This document shows, in pieces, positions 26,454 through 38,990 of a stretch of DNA of 64,000 nucleotides. Below the pieces are notes generated by a model. That model saw only the letters and a program-made list of their open reading frames with translations. It was not told the origin of the DNA and searched no databases. The DNA is taken from NCBI RefSeq assembly GCF_001194135.2, contig NC_068987.1, positions 1,338,631 to 1,402,630 on the forward strand. The letters are read 5' to 3'. This stretch comes from Octopus bimaculoides. Taxonomy: Eukaryota. A program made the position numbers and the translations under genes. Numbering within the stretch: the stretch's first letter is position 1; each line of letters begins with the position of its first letter.

Positions 26454-27769
26454 TACGTATGTATGTATGTATGTATGTATGTATGTATGTATGTATGTAT
26501 GCATGCCTGTATGTATATATCCAACTTCCCGTTTTACATATTTCTCTTTCAGTTATTCCTTTGGTAGTCACAAGCCTATATTGTTAATTTTTATCAAAAC
26601 CGGAACTTATAACCAAAACGATTGTAACTCTAATATACATTGTATCCTTCCGACACTCAATCGATCCATTCCCCTCATTGTTAATTATTATTGATTTGAG
26701 ATTCTACAAAATTCTACAGCGAATCAGCAACGAAATTCACTACTGAAGAATTTATCTTTTACAATTGTTTCCTTGAATTTTCTCTACAATTCTTCATTGA
26801 GAGTAAATTTCCCAGACTTCAACCAAATTTCTCCCTAACAACTCTTTGTTATTTCATCATTATCGTTTTCTTCTTCGACACTAAAATCTTAAAATGACTT
26901 CGATTACGTATTTTCATGTCTTGGAGTATATTTCATCGTCGCCAAATCTATTACGGCTCAAATGAGGAATCATGTCGTTTCTTTTGCTCCATTTTAGCCA
27001 ATATATGTTTAAGATCTTTCATTTCCTCTTATATAATTAACTATACCTGTTCTCAAACTAACCGGACAGTATTATTATTCTCCCTAATAACGATGTTGTA
27101 TGCATGATAAATCTACTTGATATACGAAATGAAAATTTATGGTCATTCCGGTGTGTGAGTCTATTGGAATCATTACGCAATCGTTTTCAATCCTGTTTAT
27201 CTATATACACTCCTCTATCCCTCTCTAATCAATTCTATACGTGTGTATTTGATATTCACAGCAGCAACATTTTATGTTTGGCAATTCCTCCGCCGTCTAC
27301 ACCATTTTCTTTGCAACAAGTGGTCAATAAATTCAGTTTCACAAACCAAATGTAGAATTGGTAGCTACACAATTCCTATAGAAATGGGTACACTTAAAAC
27401 CTAGACTACGGAAATTTTTAGACAATTGAAACATTAAGGAATTTTAGGGAATCAACTTCTGAAATAACATTTTCTACTAATATTAGGCACTTAAAAACAA
27501 AATAGGTCTCTGTTGATCTCAAACGTTAACAACTTTCATGAATTCCTGCTATGGTCAAAGGTTAAAGGTGAACACCATGGTCAAATTCTTTCGCTTATAG
27601 ATCAAAATCATTTTATATTTATTCATTATTCTATTGAAATTCCAATTGATGATATTCTTGAAGTTGTTTCCATTGTTGTTTGATTAATACTAACGTAACA
27701 TTTAATGCGTCATCCCTACCCAGAAATGAAATGAAAAAAGAGTCACGTGACTATAATTTTTCTTCGCCG

Positions 27770-27832
27770 TTATTATCATTATTATTATCATTCTCATCAT
27801 TTTTGTTTTTGTTCGTGTTTTTATTATTGCTA

Positions 27833-27864
<32 letters not shown>

Positions 27865-27871
27865 GTTATTA
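27770..27871. repeat. (TAT/TGT)n microsatellite at the 3' end of the R4/Dong element
   Basis: Direct reading of the sequence. Confidence 0.9.
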
Positions 27872-28483
27872 TGAAAGCCTCTCGGAAAGTTCTTAATAAC
27901 CGGTTGTTCTTTACTTGGAAGCAGGCAATAACAAATCACCAAAAGTTCCAAGTAGTGCCTTCTTCTCCTGTGACTCAAAGAGACAATACTTTCCTTAGAA
28001 TGCGAGCTGTACCCAACATTGCTGCCTTTTGGATCACCTCGAGCCTGAAAGCACCTCTAATATTCTTAATATGCTTTTCAAAGCCGTTGGAAACGGTTCC
28101 TAATGCTCCAATTACCACCGGTATCACAATTACTTTCCTCATGCCCCATAACATTTCTATCTCGTCTCGCAGTGTTTGGTATTTCTCAATCTTTCTGTTT
28201 CCTTACATTTCAACCTCGAATCGCCTGGTATTACAACATCTATTATCTTTAATTCTTTTTCATCTTTATGGATGAGCACGATATCTGGTTGTCTCGCCTC
28301 TATGACTTGGTCGCACTGCATGTTAAAATCCCAGAGTATTTAGTAATGTTCATTTTCCTGTATTCCCTCTAACTTGTGGTCATACCATTGTTCGGATCTC
28401 TCGAGGTTTGCTTTAACGCACAACAGCCAGTGGACATATTTGGCCTCATTGTCGTGTCTCCTTTTGTATTCGCGTTGTGCGAA
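27872..28483 (-). mobile_element. 5'-truncated R4/Dong LINE, family 1 (end of CCHC knuckle, REL endonuclease, 3' UTR)
   Basis: Minus strand: FAQREYKRRHDNEAKYVHWLLCVKANLERSEQWYDH...WDFNMQCDQVIEARQPDIVLIHKDEK...IDV.IPGD...EKYQTLRDEIEMLWGMRKVIVIPVVIGALGTVS...IQKAAMLGTARILRKVL. Confidence 0.93.
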
Positions 28484-28500
28484 TTATTGTTGTTGTTGTT

Positions 28501-28903
28501 TTCTTATACACACAACAGAATAGACTGTTGGAAAAGAGGAAAATCCTAACATCAGCCTAAAACAAGTCACCTTAGATCCCAAGCACCTTCCTAAGTATCC
28601 TAGCTGTCCCTAATAACACTGTTTACTGCAGCTGTACAAAACTGGGTTTTATGCCTATTTCGTCAATCCATCTGTTCAACCTTTTTAAGGATAGTTCCCA
28701 TTGCACTTATAACTACTGTGATACGTTCTACCCGCACTTCCCATAGTCTCTGTAATTCAATGGATAGGTCCTGGTACTGTGCTATCTTTGCTATACCTCT
28801 CATATTGATTTTATTATCATTTGAGACTCTAAACTCAATTATCTGGCACTTTCTATTCTCTTTATCTACTACTACGACTATACTACTACTACTACTACTA
28901 CTA

Positions 28904-28974
<71 letters not shown>

Positions 28975-30262
28975 TTACTACTACTAAACCAGGCCTTCTA
29001 GCTTCTATTACTCTGTCAGTCTGAATACTCAAGTCCCACCACATATTTCTTCCTTTCGAGACTTTATTAGGTCCATGTTCATACCATTTATTAGTATGTT
29101 CAAATCCTAGCTTTGTATATAACCTCCAGTGGATTACACTCCTTGAGTTGTAATGTGTTTTCTTGTGTTCTTTCTGGGCCAGCAGGATACATTCACTTAT
29201 TATATGAGTAACTCTTTGCTCTTTTGATTTGCATAGCCTACATTCGAAATCCACTTGATTTTTGTCTAACTTGGCGGTTCTGCAACCCTTTTCAGCCTTC
29301 CTTTCTGCAACCATAACCATGTCTCACTCCTACTATTTGCTGCAACTATCTTTGGAAATCTACTCCTGCCAGTCAGATAACTTCTGTCCATTTCTCTGGT
29401 TTTAACTTCGTTTGGGTTTTTGGTTCCCCCTATGTCTAGCTGTGACTCTAACAGTTTTTAATAAACTTTCTTCACTATTACCTACAAAGGAGTTTATATC
29501 TATTATAGCTAACTCCACGCAGTTTTCTACTGATATTAACCCTCTTCTGCCTTCCTTTCTAGGTAGGTACAATCTTGCAACTCCTGCCCTTTGGTGGAGT
29601 CCTCCATTCATATTGAATTCCTTCCTAGTTTTTCTGTATAGCTTTGCTAATTCAGTTTTTGTCAAATCTACAAAAGCTACTGAGCATCTAAGTAATGAAA
29701 CTGCCCAAGTAATTACAGCCTTCACTAGATCCGGGCCATTTAGCTTTGTTTTTATTAGCTTCCTCACCCTTCTCTCAATTTTCCATTTCATCTCTATAGT
29801 TAGTGCTCTGTCAGGTTCCAATACTCCTAGATACTTATAATTCTTTCCTCCTTTCCATTATTTTAATGCCTGGCCATCTGGTAATTGGATGCCTTCGCTG
29901 TTGACTACCTGTCCCCTTCTCATGACTAATATTGCACACTTATCAATGCCAAATTCCCTGCCTGTATCTTTACTGAAGAGTCTTACAGTCTGTATTAAGG
30001 GATCTATCGTTTTTTTCATTCTTATTAAAAAACTTCAGATCATCCATGTAGAGCAAATTCTTAATCTTTCCCTTACTATTTCTGAACTGATATCCCTCAT
30101 TTCAGTATTAAGGCAGGCAAATATTAAAGGGGACAACGAGTCCCACTAGAAAATTCTTCTTTTGATATCAACATTCCCTCAGAGTATGCCACCTGAGTAA
30201 AAATCTATTTTCCATTTCTTCATGCTAAAACTAATTATTTCTCTTACGTTACCTATTATTAT
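28501..30262 (-). mobile_element. 5'-truncated, degenerate R4/Dong LINE, family 2 (RT C-half, CCHC, REL, 3' UTR)
   Basis: DSLSPL, HQRAGVARLYLPRKEGRRGL, CRLCKSKEQRVTHIISEC, WDLSIQTDRVIEARRP, YQDLSIELQRLWEV and VLLGTARILRKVLG. Many stops and frameshifts. (TAC)n expansion at 28864-28986. Confidence 0.93.
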
Positions 30263-30269
30263 TGTTGAC

Positions 30270-30808
30270 TGAGAGAGCAGGGAACGCCACCAAAATGATC
30301 CTGGGGTAAGATATACGAAGGGCAATATATCCATTATGATTACACGTCCGATAAGTGTACACCAATCACATGTATCACAACCACATGTGCGCGACATGGT
30401 GGTCTCATATCAAGATAAACAGCGCATGACCTTGCAGCTGTGGCCCAGTTAAAATGTTCTTCAGGTCGAGTAGCACATCTCGCTCAAAAGGCCTCAGAAT
30501 AAAGCTTGTTTAAGGAGTATGAACAAAACACCTATGTTTCCTGTGGTGAATTATTCAAATCCCAAAGAATTCCTCTTTGCACATGGCTGTGATGCTCTCC
30601 CACTACTTCTGCTCGTGATCAGAGAAGCACATACCATCCTCGTGGTGGGGGCATGCTTAACAGGTTAAGGACAAGCAACTGACAAGGAAATCTGAGGTAC
30701 TGAGCAGAATATTTGCTGTGTCCTATCTTTTATACCAAGACAAAACGTGTACATGGTAGCACTTCCAATTAGTTATGATCGGAAGCCATCAGAGCCACTG
30801 CCTGGTAT
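30270..30808. mobile_element. About 540-bp non-coding interspersed repeat flanked on both sides by (TAT)n
   Basis: No ORF with recognisable motifs. Bounded by 'tattattattgttg' (about 30255-30266) and 'tattattattgc' (about 30807). I recall this as an abundant octopus repeat, but did not verify it. Confidence 0.55.
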
Positions 30809-31431
30809 TATTATTGCTGCAAGCTGGGAGAGATTATTATTGTTATTAGTATTTCTCTTCCACATAATTGAACTGCTATTAAAAAAAATGTTTTTCATTT
30901 CCTTCTTGTCTTCCGTCTTTCTCTCTTTCTCATATTCTTTACCGTTTTTCCCCCCAAATAAAATTTTCTTTGAACAAAGAAAATGGCGAAAACCTAATAG
31001 TAATCTCAGCATTTCAGCAGCATCGAAAGACTTCTAAAAATTATTGCATTTTGTTGTCTTGTGAGGTTACATCGTTCTGCCATCAACTTTCATCAAATGA
31101 TGCCAGTTACCAATTTATATTCGGATTCACGTGACTTTGGAACAATCAGGTACATTGTCAGGAAAGTGGTAATTCCTGTTCTAGAGGCCAGAGTCAAGAG
31201 AGCAGTAAGGTATGCAATTTTCGAATCTGATTCTAATGTCACCATTCCACTGTATTCTGGCAGAATGATTGTGACAGTTGGAAGAAGATTCGGTAATACA
31301 TCGTGTTGGTGGAATTGGTAAGAGGCAGCAATTAATCAGATGTTACGTTTGATGTTCTTTCAATTCAAAAAACATGACTGAGATTTCTACAAAAAAGTTG
31401 ACTGCATCCACAGTAAATACTGTGAAGGAGA

Positions 31432-31474
<43 letters not shown>

Positions 31475-31502
31475 TGTGTGTGTGTGTGCGTATGTAAATG
31501 TG

Positions 31503-31545
<43 letters not shown>

Positions 31546-31671
31546 ATTTGGGGATGGTCATATTGCCAGTTTAGCCAATAAAAACACGCGCACTGTATAT
31601 TTGGTGTTAATTTGCTTCAGCTTTATATTATATTACATTACATTACATTAATCATATTTCGGCGAGAGTTT

Positions 31672-31705
31672 TTTCGTCACACTTCTGTGACCTCATCAGT
31701 AGTCC
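31672..31705 (-). ncRNA. Degenerate hammerhead-ribozyme core
   Basis: Minus: gggacta-CTGATGA-g-GTCAC-agaagt-GTGAC-GAAA-aaactc. Core and helix II are intact; helices I and III are not evident. Confidence 0.45.
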
Positions 31706-32055
31706 CTTGCTTTCTTGTTTCTTATATGCGTGTCCCTCCTTGCTAATGATCAACCATTTTGTATTTTGTATTCCTATTGTATGTGTCTACTCATGCGTAT
31801 CGCTCTATGTGAGTGTATGTTTTGCACACAGCAGACCCCTTTTCACCATAGCTGAAATCGTACAAAAGGCGACAAATCTCAGAAAAGGCATTTTTTTTTA
31901 TATCACCACTTACCTTACCAAAACATATACCTCCAGCATTAAAGTGGCCAAGTTCTTCCAGCCAGCATGTGAGATGTGCCGTCTGTATTGCTAAGCTGTG
32001 TATATATATATATATGTGACACCGAGAAAAACAGAGATTATGTAATGATTTTCAT

Positions 32056-32120
32056 AAGCTTACAGATGTTTCCGCTATAAGATATATCTGGATGACATCA
32101 TATAGCTTCATCAGTGCCTT
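32056..32120 (-). ncRNA. Minimal type I hammerhead ribozyme (Penelope/retrozyme type)
   Basis: Minus: aaggca-CTGATGA-a-GCTATA-(21 nt)-TATAGC-g-GAA-ACA-tc-TGT-A-agctt. GUA cleavage triplet, 3-bp helix III, imperfect helix I. Confidence 0.7.
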
Positions 32121-33137
32121 GAATATGAAGTGTACTTTGTTTGGGAAAATTACATTTACAGAACATAGAGGTGTTACGAGTTTTCCGTGTCATCTCTTTG
32201 TTTATATATATATATATGTGTGTGTGTGTGTAAGCTTACAGCGATCGCCTTGCAAAGTCTAAGGAAAATAATGGTGGTATCTAATATAGTTCTTAAATTT
32301 GATAGAAGCAGTGAGGCTAATTCGCTGCTGTAATGGTATCACAGTCGCATTAAGAAAGGGAAGTGAGTTCGAGTCCCACGCGGATGAGAAAGCTTACTTT
32401 TTTTTCTTCTCTCGAGGGGAATCTATGCCCTATTATAAGAGTATTTTTCTTATATATATATATATGAGAGAGAGAGAGAAAGTGAGTCAGGCAAATAGAA
32501 ACTGAGCCGTCTGTTTGTATTTTTGTACATCTGTGTATATCATAAAGGCTGTTCAATAGCGTGAAGAGCGTTTAATAATATGCTAAGTTCGATATCGTCT
32601 TTTATGGGAATATCGAGATAAACAATAATAAATGGGAACTATATTAAAGAATAATGATGTGGAACATAATAACAATAAACTGCGAAGAATTCTTTGACTG
32701 TAAAACTTTATATAATTCAAAGAGGATTCATTGTAGAAAGAATTACTTAGAACGATGTGAAAGGGGAGTAATGGGCAAAAGGTTATTCAAGGAAATAGTT
32801 TTTTGTATTCTTTGGCATCCCCACCACATCTTTTTTCTTGTATACAGAAAACCTACGACAAGTTTACCCTACGGATCCCTATCTGAGACGGTAGATGATG
32901 ATTTGAGAGATTTTCGCTACTATTTCCAGCAGATTTAGACTGGTGTTATGTAGCTTTAACTAAAAGTGCTGCCAAAAGTCCAGAGACAGAGGGCCAATAT
33001 TGTAACCAACAACATATTCCAGTAAAGAAAGCCATGCGCTCCACTGTACTACAACTTCATGTATGTATATCTATAGGAGGAACTATCTGTCTGTGTAACT
33101 GCTTCTCTCTCTCTCTCTCTATATATATATGTGTGTG

Positions 33138-33172
<35 letters not shown>

Positions 33173-33343
33173 CTATCGATCTATCTATCTACACATCTAT
33201 TTATGCATCTCTATATCTCTCAATATAACTATCTATTTGTCTGTCTGTATGTATGTGCCTCTGTCATTCTGTCAGTCTATCTTTCTGTCGGTCAATATCT
33301 CTTTTTTTCATTTGCATAAGTGTATACCAACAAATATCTATGA

Positions 33344-33471
<128 letters not shown>

Positions 33472-33565
33472 GTGTGTCTATATTACTGCATAAGGACAAA
33501 TGCACACAAACATGTGTACACATATGTGTGTGTGTATATATCTATACACACACAGATATGTATAC

Positions 33566-33601
<36 letters not shown>

Positions 33602-34119
33602 ATATATGTATGTATGTGTGTGTGTGTGTAGCTGTTTGTCTAAAATCACACAAATAACACGAGTAAAATCTCAGGCGAAAAGGAGGCTAACGAAATACCA
33701 CGTGGAATTAGACAGATGAAAGGGGCATGTATGAAATGTGTAGACATACAAAGAGAAAACGGCAAACAAAGATTGGATAATGAAGTACAATGCATCAACG
33801 TAAGAAACAAGAGAGAATTTGAGGTTTTGGGTGATTAACCTTTATCAAAGACAAGAAAGAGAATAGAAAGAGGAATGGAGAGGCAACAGAATTACTAAGA
33901 AATGAACGATAACAAGAAACATGTCTGCTCTCAAATACACAGGCCCACACAGGGATATGCACGCACACACACAGAGCTGCCTATCCGGATCCTGTGGTGC
34001 GACTGAGATATGGTAGTGTGATGTTGAAGAGAGAGAGAGGTGAGGAGGGGCACTGAAATATCACTTGGCTGGATCTGTTATCAGCTGAGAAAAGGGATCG
34101 ACACAACCCGGTCAATATC

Positions 34120-34392
34120 GCTCGGCATTGTGTCAGTTACGACGACACGTTTTTTCCAGTTGATTCGCGTCAACAGAAGATTCTTCTCGTGAAATTAACG
34201 CACAAGTGGCTGAGTTCTCCACAAACATGCGTACTCTTCATGGAGATTCAGCGTGATACACCAAATGCGACGCTGATGACCCCTTGAACTCATTTTTTGC
34301 CGATTGGATGGAGTGGACATGAAATAAAATGTCTTGCCACTACGATTTGTACTAGCATGTAACCGAATACCCACGCCCCGCCATGCTGCGTG
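34120..34392 (-). mobile_element. Degenerate SINE family B
   Basis: 'gttacgacgac...tcgtgaaattaacgcacaagtggctgag.tctccaca.aca.gcgta...ggagattcagcgtga...actcattttttgcc'. Confidence 0.75.
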
Positions 34393-34399
34393 CCTTCAT

Positions 34400-34452
<53 letters not shown>

Positions 34453-35429
34453 GGGACTAGGTACTCTAATCGTGAAAGAAGTGATGGCCATGGCTGGAAC
34501 AACATTAACCAGATGTCTACTGGATCAAAGCAGACATTGGCCTAAACAAAAACCAAAGTATATTGTGCTTGATATGTTATAATATTCGTCAGACATTGGC
34601 GCTATTTAAATAATTTTAAAGAGATTTCTATCTCATATTAATTGATATTACATTCCTCTTTATCTTCAACATAATCATCTCGCTAACTAGTGCTACTAAC
34701 AATCGCATTTTACTAGCGTACACACACACACGAACACACACACAGACGCACACACACACACAAATACACGTCACTTAACAGGAAATTACATTATGGAAAC
34801 AGAGGAGACAGATATATTTACATATGTGTGTGTATGTCTCCGTGAATCAGTTTATATGAATATATTTTTCTATGTACTCAATCATATATTATGGCTTTAC
34901 ATTAAAAGCTTCAAATGTAAATTATATTCTTATTATTAAGCAAAATATGTTAGTTTCTCTGTGAAAGTTCAACGAAGTGATTTCACCACAACTTTTTATA
35001 TTCTTTAGCCAGGAGAAATGAGTTCGATTTTGCAAGTGGGGTTCATAATGCCTACTCAAGTTTTTACCAAACTTGGTCTGCTGACTTAATGTAATGCAGA
35101 AGCAGCATATCTCAAATGTGAGCTTTCCTGTTTAAGTAATTCAAGAGTTATAGAGGTCTTAATTTGTTACCACTTCGGCCCTACTTTAGGAAATATCCTC
35201 TTCCTCTCCTTTTTATTTCTGTGACACTAAAAACTCTGACGATATTAACTGCTTTATCAGAATAGTAGGCTTATCAAACCAGTGTATCTAAAATAATGTC
35301 TCATAAGAGAAGTGCTTGTGTCACTCAAGGAAACCAAAAAATCTGGACGAAGAATCTCGTGCAATTTCAAGACTCTCATAGGAAAAGAAGACCTGGTCCT
35401 CTAGAAGAGCATTCTTTGGAAAACAACAG

Positions 35430-36472
35430 CAGGGTACCAATGAAACATTAAATTGTCGGTCGCTACCTTTTTCGTGGAGGTACCATCAAAGGAAGGGAAG
35501 AAAGAACAAAGGAAATTAATTTCGAAAGAAGTAACTTTTTTATGGCAAAAGAAATTAAATTTCCCATATTTATCAATTCTTCAAAATGTAGAAAAAGTAG
35601 AAAAAGTGCTGAATACATACGATAATTGTGTAAAACGCGGAAAATACGATTCGTTGAAAGAAATTTTTAACATCCCAAAGGAAAACGATGAATGGCTGTG
35701 CAGTGGAGATGGAGGGTTAGGGTTAGGGTTAGGGTTAGGGTTAGGGTTAGGGTTAGTTTCAAATTGAAAGCAAGGGACAGGTTGGGTATGCAACTGGAAA
35801 GGCAGAGAGTTCCAAAACTATCCGCCCATCCAAAAGAAGAAAAGTATTCTTAATGCCAACTTCAACCAGAGCAACTCCAGTGGCATTGTCAACGTCTGAA
35901 GCAGAGACGGAAAGTGAATATCCAGAGTCCGAAAAATCAAATGAAGAATCCACACAAACAAGGAGGAAGTATAGCAAACTAATTGCAATCAAGTTAGTAA
36001 TATCTTCCAAGCTTTCAACTCCAAAAGCAACAATAGTTTGTTGATAATTATCTCAAGATGGAATCAATGTCGAGATTCCTTCACAATTTGGTATTTACAA
36101 ATCGACTATCAAAGAAGCTGTTAAACTAAAAAAGAAAATGAAGAAAACACTACATTTAGAAAACTGGTCATTGCATTTTGGTGGTAAAGATATTGATGAT
36201 TAAGAATACAAGTGCTAGTTTTAAAGAATGAACAGTTAAGTTATAAGCATTCGTATTACCAAAGGAAAATGCCGATTCTGTTGTGAAAGGAATAACAGCT
36301 GTTTTGGATGAAGACAATTTATGGAACTGTGTAAAGATGATTGTCACTGATACAACGTGTGGACACTGGGGAAAGAAATGGCATTGTCATTCAACTGCAA
36401 AACTGTTTGCTCAAAAGGGTTTTGATGAACCGCAATTTATTGTCAGCATCATATCCTTGATATAGTTCTTCG
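35430..36472 (+). pseudogene. Decayed hAT-superfamily (hATm-like) DDE transposase
   Basis: Frameshifted translation: EVTFLWQKKLNFPYLS...EWLCS/QIESKGQVGYATGK..SKTIRPSKRRK...ENWSLHFGGK...VLVLKNE...GITAVLDEDNLWNCVKMIVTDTT..TG.RNGIVIQLQ.LFAQKGFDEPQFI.CQHHILDIVLR. Contains the DTT..NTG and CxHH motifs. Cut by a SINE at 36473. Confidence 0.8.
35714..35756 (+). repeat. Interstitial telomeric repeat (GGGTTA)7G
   Basis: Seven perfect TTAGGG-type units. TTAGGG is the telomere repeat reported for molluscs. Confidence 0.95.
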
Positions 36473-36607
36473 TAAGTTGGCAGAATCGTTAGCACGCCGG
36501 ACGAAATACTTAGCGGTATTTCGTCTGCCATTACGTTCTCAGTTCAAATTCTGCCGAAGTCAACTTTGCCTTTCATCCTTTCGGGATCGTTAAATAATTA
36601 CCAGTTA
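36473..36607 (+). mobile_element. SINE family A
   Basis: 'ttggcagaatcgttagcacgccggacgaaatacttagcggtatttcgtctgcc.ttacgttctcagttcaaattctgccgaagtcaactttgcctttcatcctttcggg'. Confidence 0.9.
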
Positions 36608-38533
36608 CTATGAATATAATATATAACATAACATAATATTATATAGCATAAATCATTTTAAAAAACCATAAAAGGCCAACAAATTGTTTCGGTTTATATA
36701 TATTTTTTCTGATATACATAATCACAGTTCCATTATACAAAAAGTCACTTCAGGTCAAGGTTTTGAAAAAGACGAAATTCCGTTTGAAAGGACGGCTGGA
36801 TTTGTTGGCCTTTGTGTGTTTTTATAGTTATTTGTTATGTAATATTATGTTATGTNNNNNNNNNNNNNNNNNNNNNNNNNNNNNNNNNNNNNNNNNNNNN
36901 NNNNNNNNNNNNNNNNNNNNNNNNNNNNNNNNNNNNNNNNNNNNNNNNNNNNNNNNNNNNNNNNNNNNNNNNNNNNNNNNNNNNNNNNNNNNNNNNNNNN
37001 NNNNNNNNNNNNNNNNNNNNNNNNNNNNNNNNNNNNNNNNNNNNNNNNNNNNNNNNNNNNNNNNNNNNNNNNNNNNNNNNNNNNNNNNNNNNNNNNNNNN
37101 NNNNNNNNNNNNNNNNNNNNNNNNNNNNNNNNNNNNNNNNNNNNNNNNNNNNNNNNNNNNNNNNNNNNNNNNNNNNNNNNNNNNNNTATATATATATATA
37201 TGTACACCAAGGCTAATTTATGTGAAGGAAATGAGAAAAGAATTTAGGAAAACACACCCTGTATATGTAGCATAGGCTATGCTTTTACTGAAACTGGAAT
37301 TGTAAGTTTGGATCGTGTTGTGTTCCTCGTTTCACGCTACTGCAAACTTCAGGCGAAACATAGCATTTAATGACTCTGTTTCTCCGAGTAAAACGATAAA
37401 AATTTTGATTATGAACTAACGCATATTTTTGCTTGTTTTCTTTTGTTTTGTATTTTATGATTTTGTTCCTCGTCATGTGTGTGTGTACGTGTGTGTATGT
37501 ACTATACATGAGAACAAATCTTTCGTAAACATAACATACATACAAGAAATATGCACCTCTTATCCACGTTTGTTTTAATATATATTTCACACTGTTTCAT
37601 TTCGTGTTATTCGCAGTAGCCTTGGAGATTTTCTTTTCTAAACTAACACTAGAACACTGTAAAGATCACTGGAAAGATTATCTTTATATATGGCGAGGGA
37701 GCGACAAAGCACGCTGCCAACCAAAACCAAAAACACAAACAAAATGACATAACGAAAATATAAATATAAAACCAAGCCATATATATATAATCAATATTAG
37801 CAATTGTTAATCACGAAAGACAAAACCGAACGCTAACAAATAACATACAACATAAAATACTCTGCGAAGAAATTAATAAATAATTTCAAATATTAGCTTG
37901 CTAAAATATTTTCATAGGTAAAACTGCACAGAATCATTGCTTTAGACAAACGATACGAGACTCATTTCCACAACATCTTCATATATTTGTTTGCTTTTGT
38001 TTTTGTTTTTTTTTTCTTTTTTTTTTCATCATTCTCTGAAGGCCAATATCAGGTTTATTATGTTTTGTTTTTATTTTGTTGTTTCTACTGCTAACATCCA
38101 CATCCGATTCTCACAATCTCCACCACAACCCACCATCATAACCACCCTCCTTTTTCACTTCCACCACCTCCTCCTCCTCATCTTCTTCTTTCTTCTTCTT
38201 CTCCTCCTTCACATCGTCATCATCATCGTCATCACCAACCACAACGCCTCAGTTTCGTCATGACTATATATTTATGCGTTTCCGTTCTGGTTTCATTAAA
38301 CCTCGAACAAGAACAAAGAACTAGTTTTTATTCTCAACGCAATTACAATTACGATCAGAATTACAACAGACTTCTTTGTCATGTTTTCTGTTTTATCATA
38401 CGAACATACGTGCATATATAACTTTCATGTATATATATATATATATATCAATGTGTGTGTGTATTATTATGTGTGTGCGTATAAATATTAATATATGTGT
38501 GTTTATATGTATATATCGATATACATGTGTGGG

Positions 38534-38598
<65 letters not shown>

Positions 38599-38990
38599 TA
38601 GGCAGATAGATAGATAGACAGACAGACAGACACAGAGATATACCCACAGACACAAAGGCAGTGACAAACAAATATTAGAATGAATATTTGTTGAAGGTTA
38701 ATGTGTATGCGTACCTTACATGTTTATAAGTTACGAATAAAATTGAGCATAGATATAAGTATAATAACTGAAATATTATGCTTAAAATAATTAATAATGC
38801 ATCCATTTCGGATTGCGACACTCCTAAATATGTAGAGAACGACTGGACCCAAAATATCGTTGCACTGTCTCTTCGACAGGATTTATTAAATTCGAAATTT
38901 ATGTTTGCGTTTGTCAAAAGTCTTTCTATGTGTGCCTACCATCTGATTTAAGAAGTGCCTAGGGAGAGTGATTTTCTCAAATAATATGTA

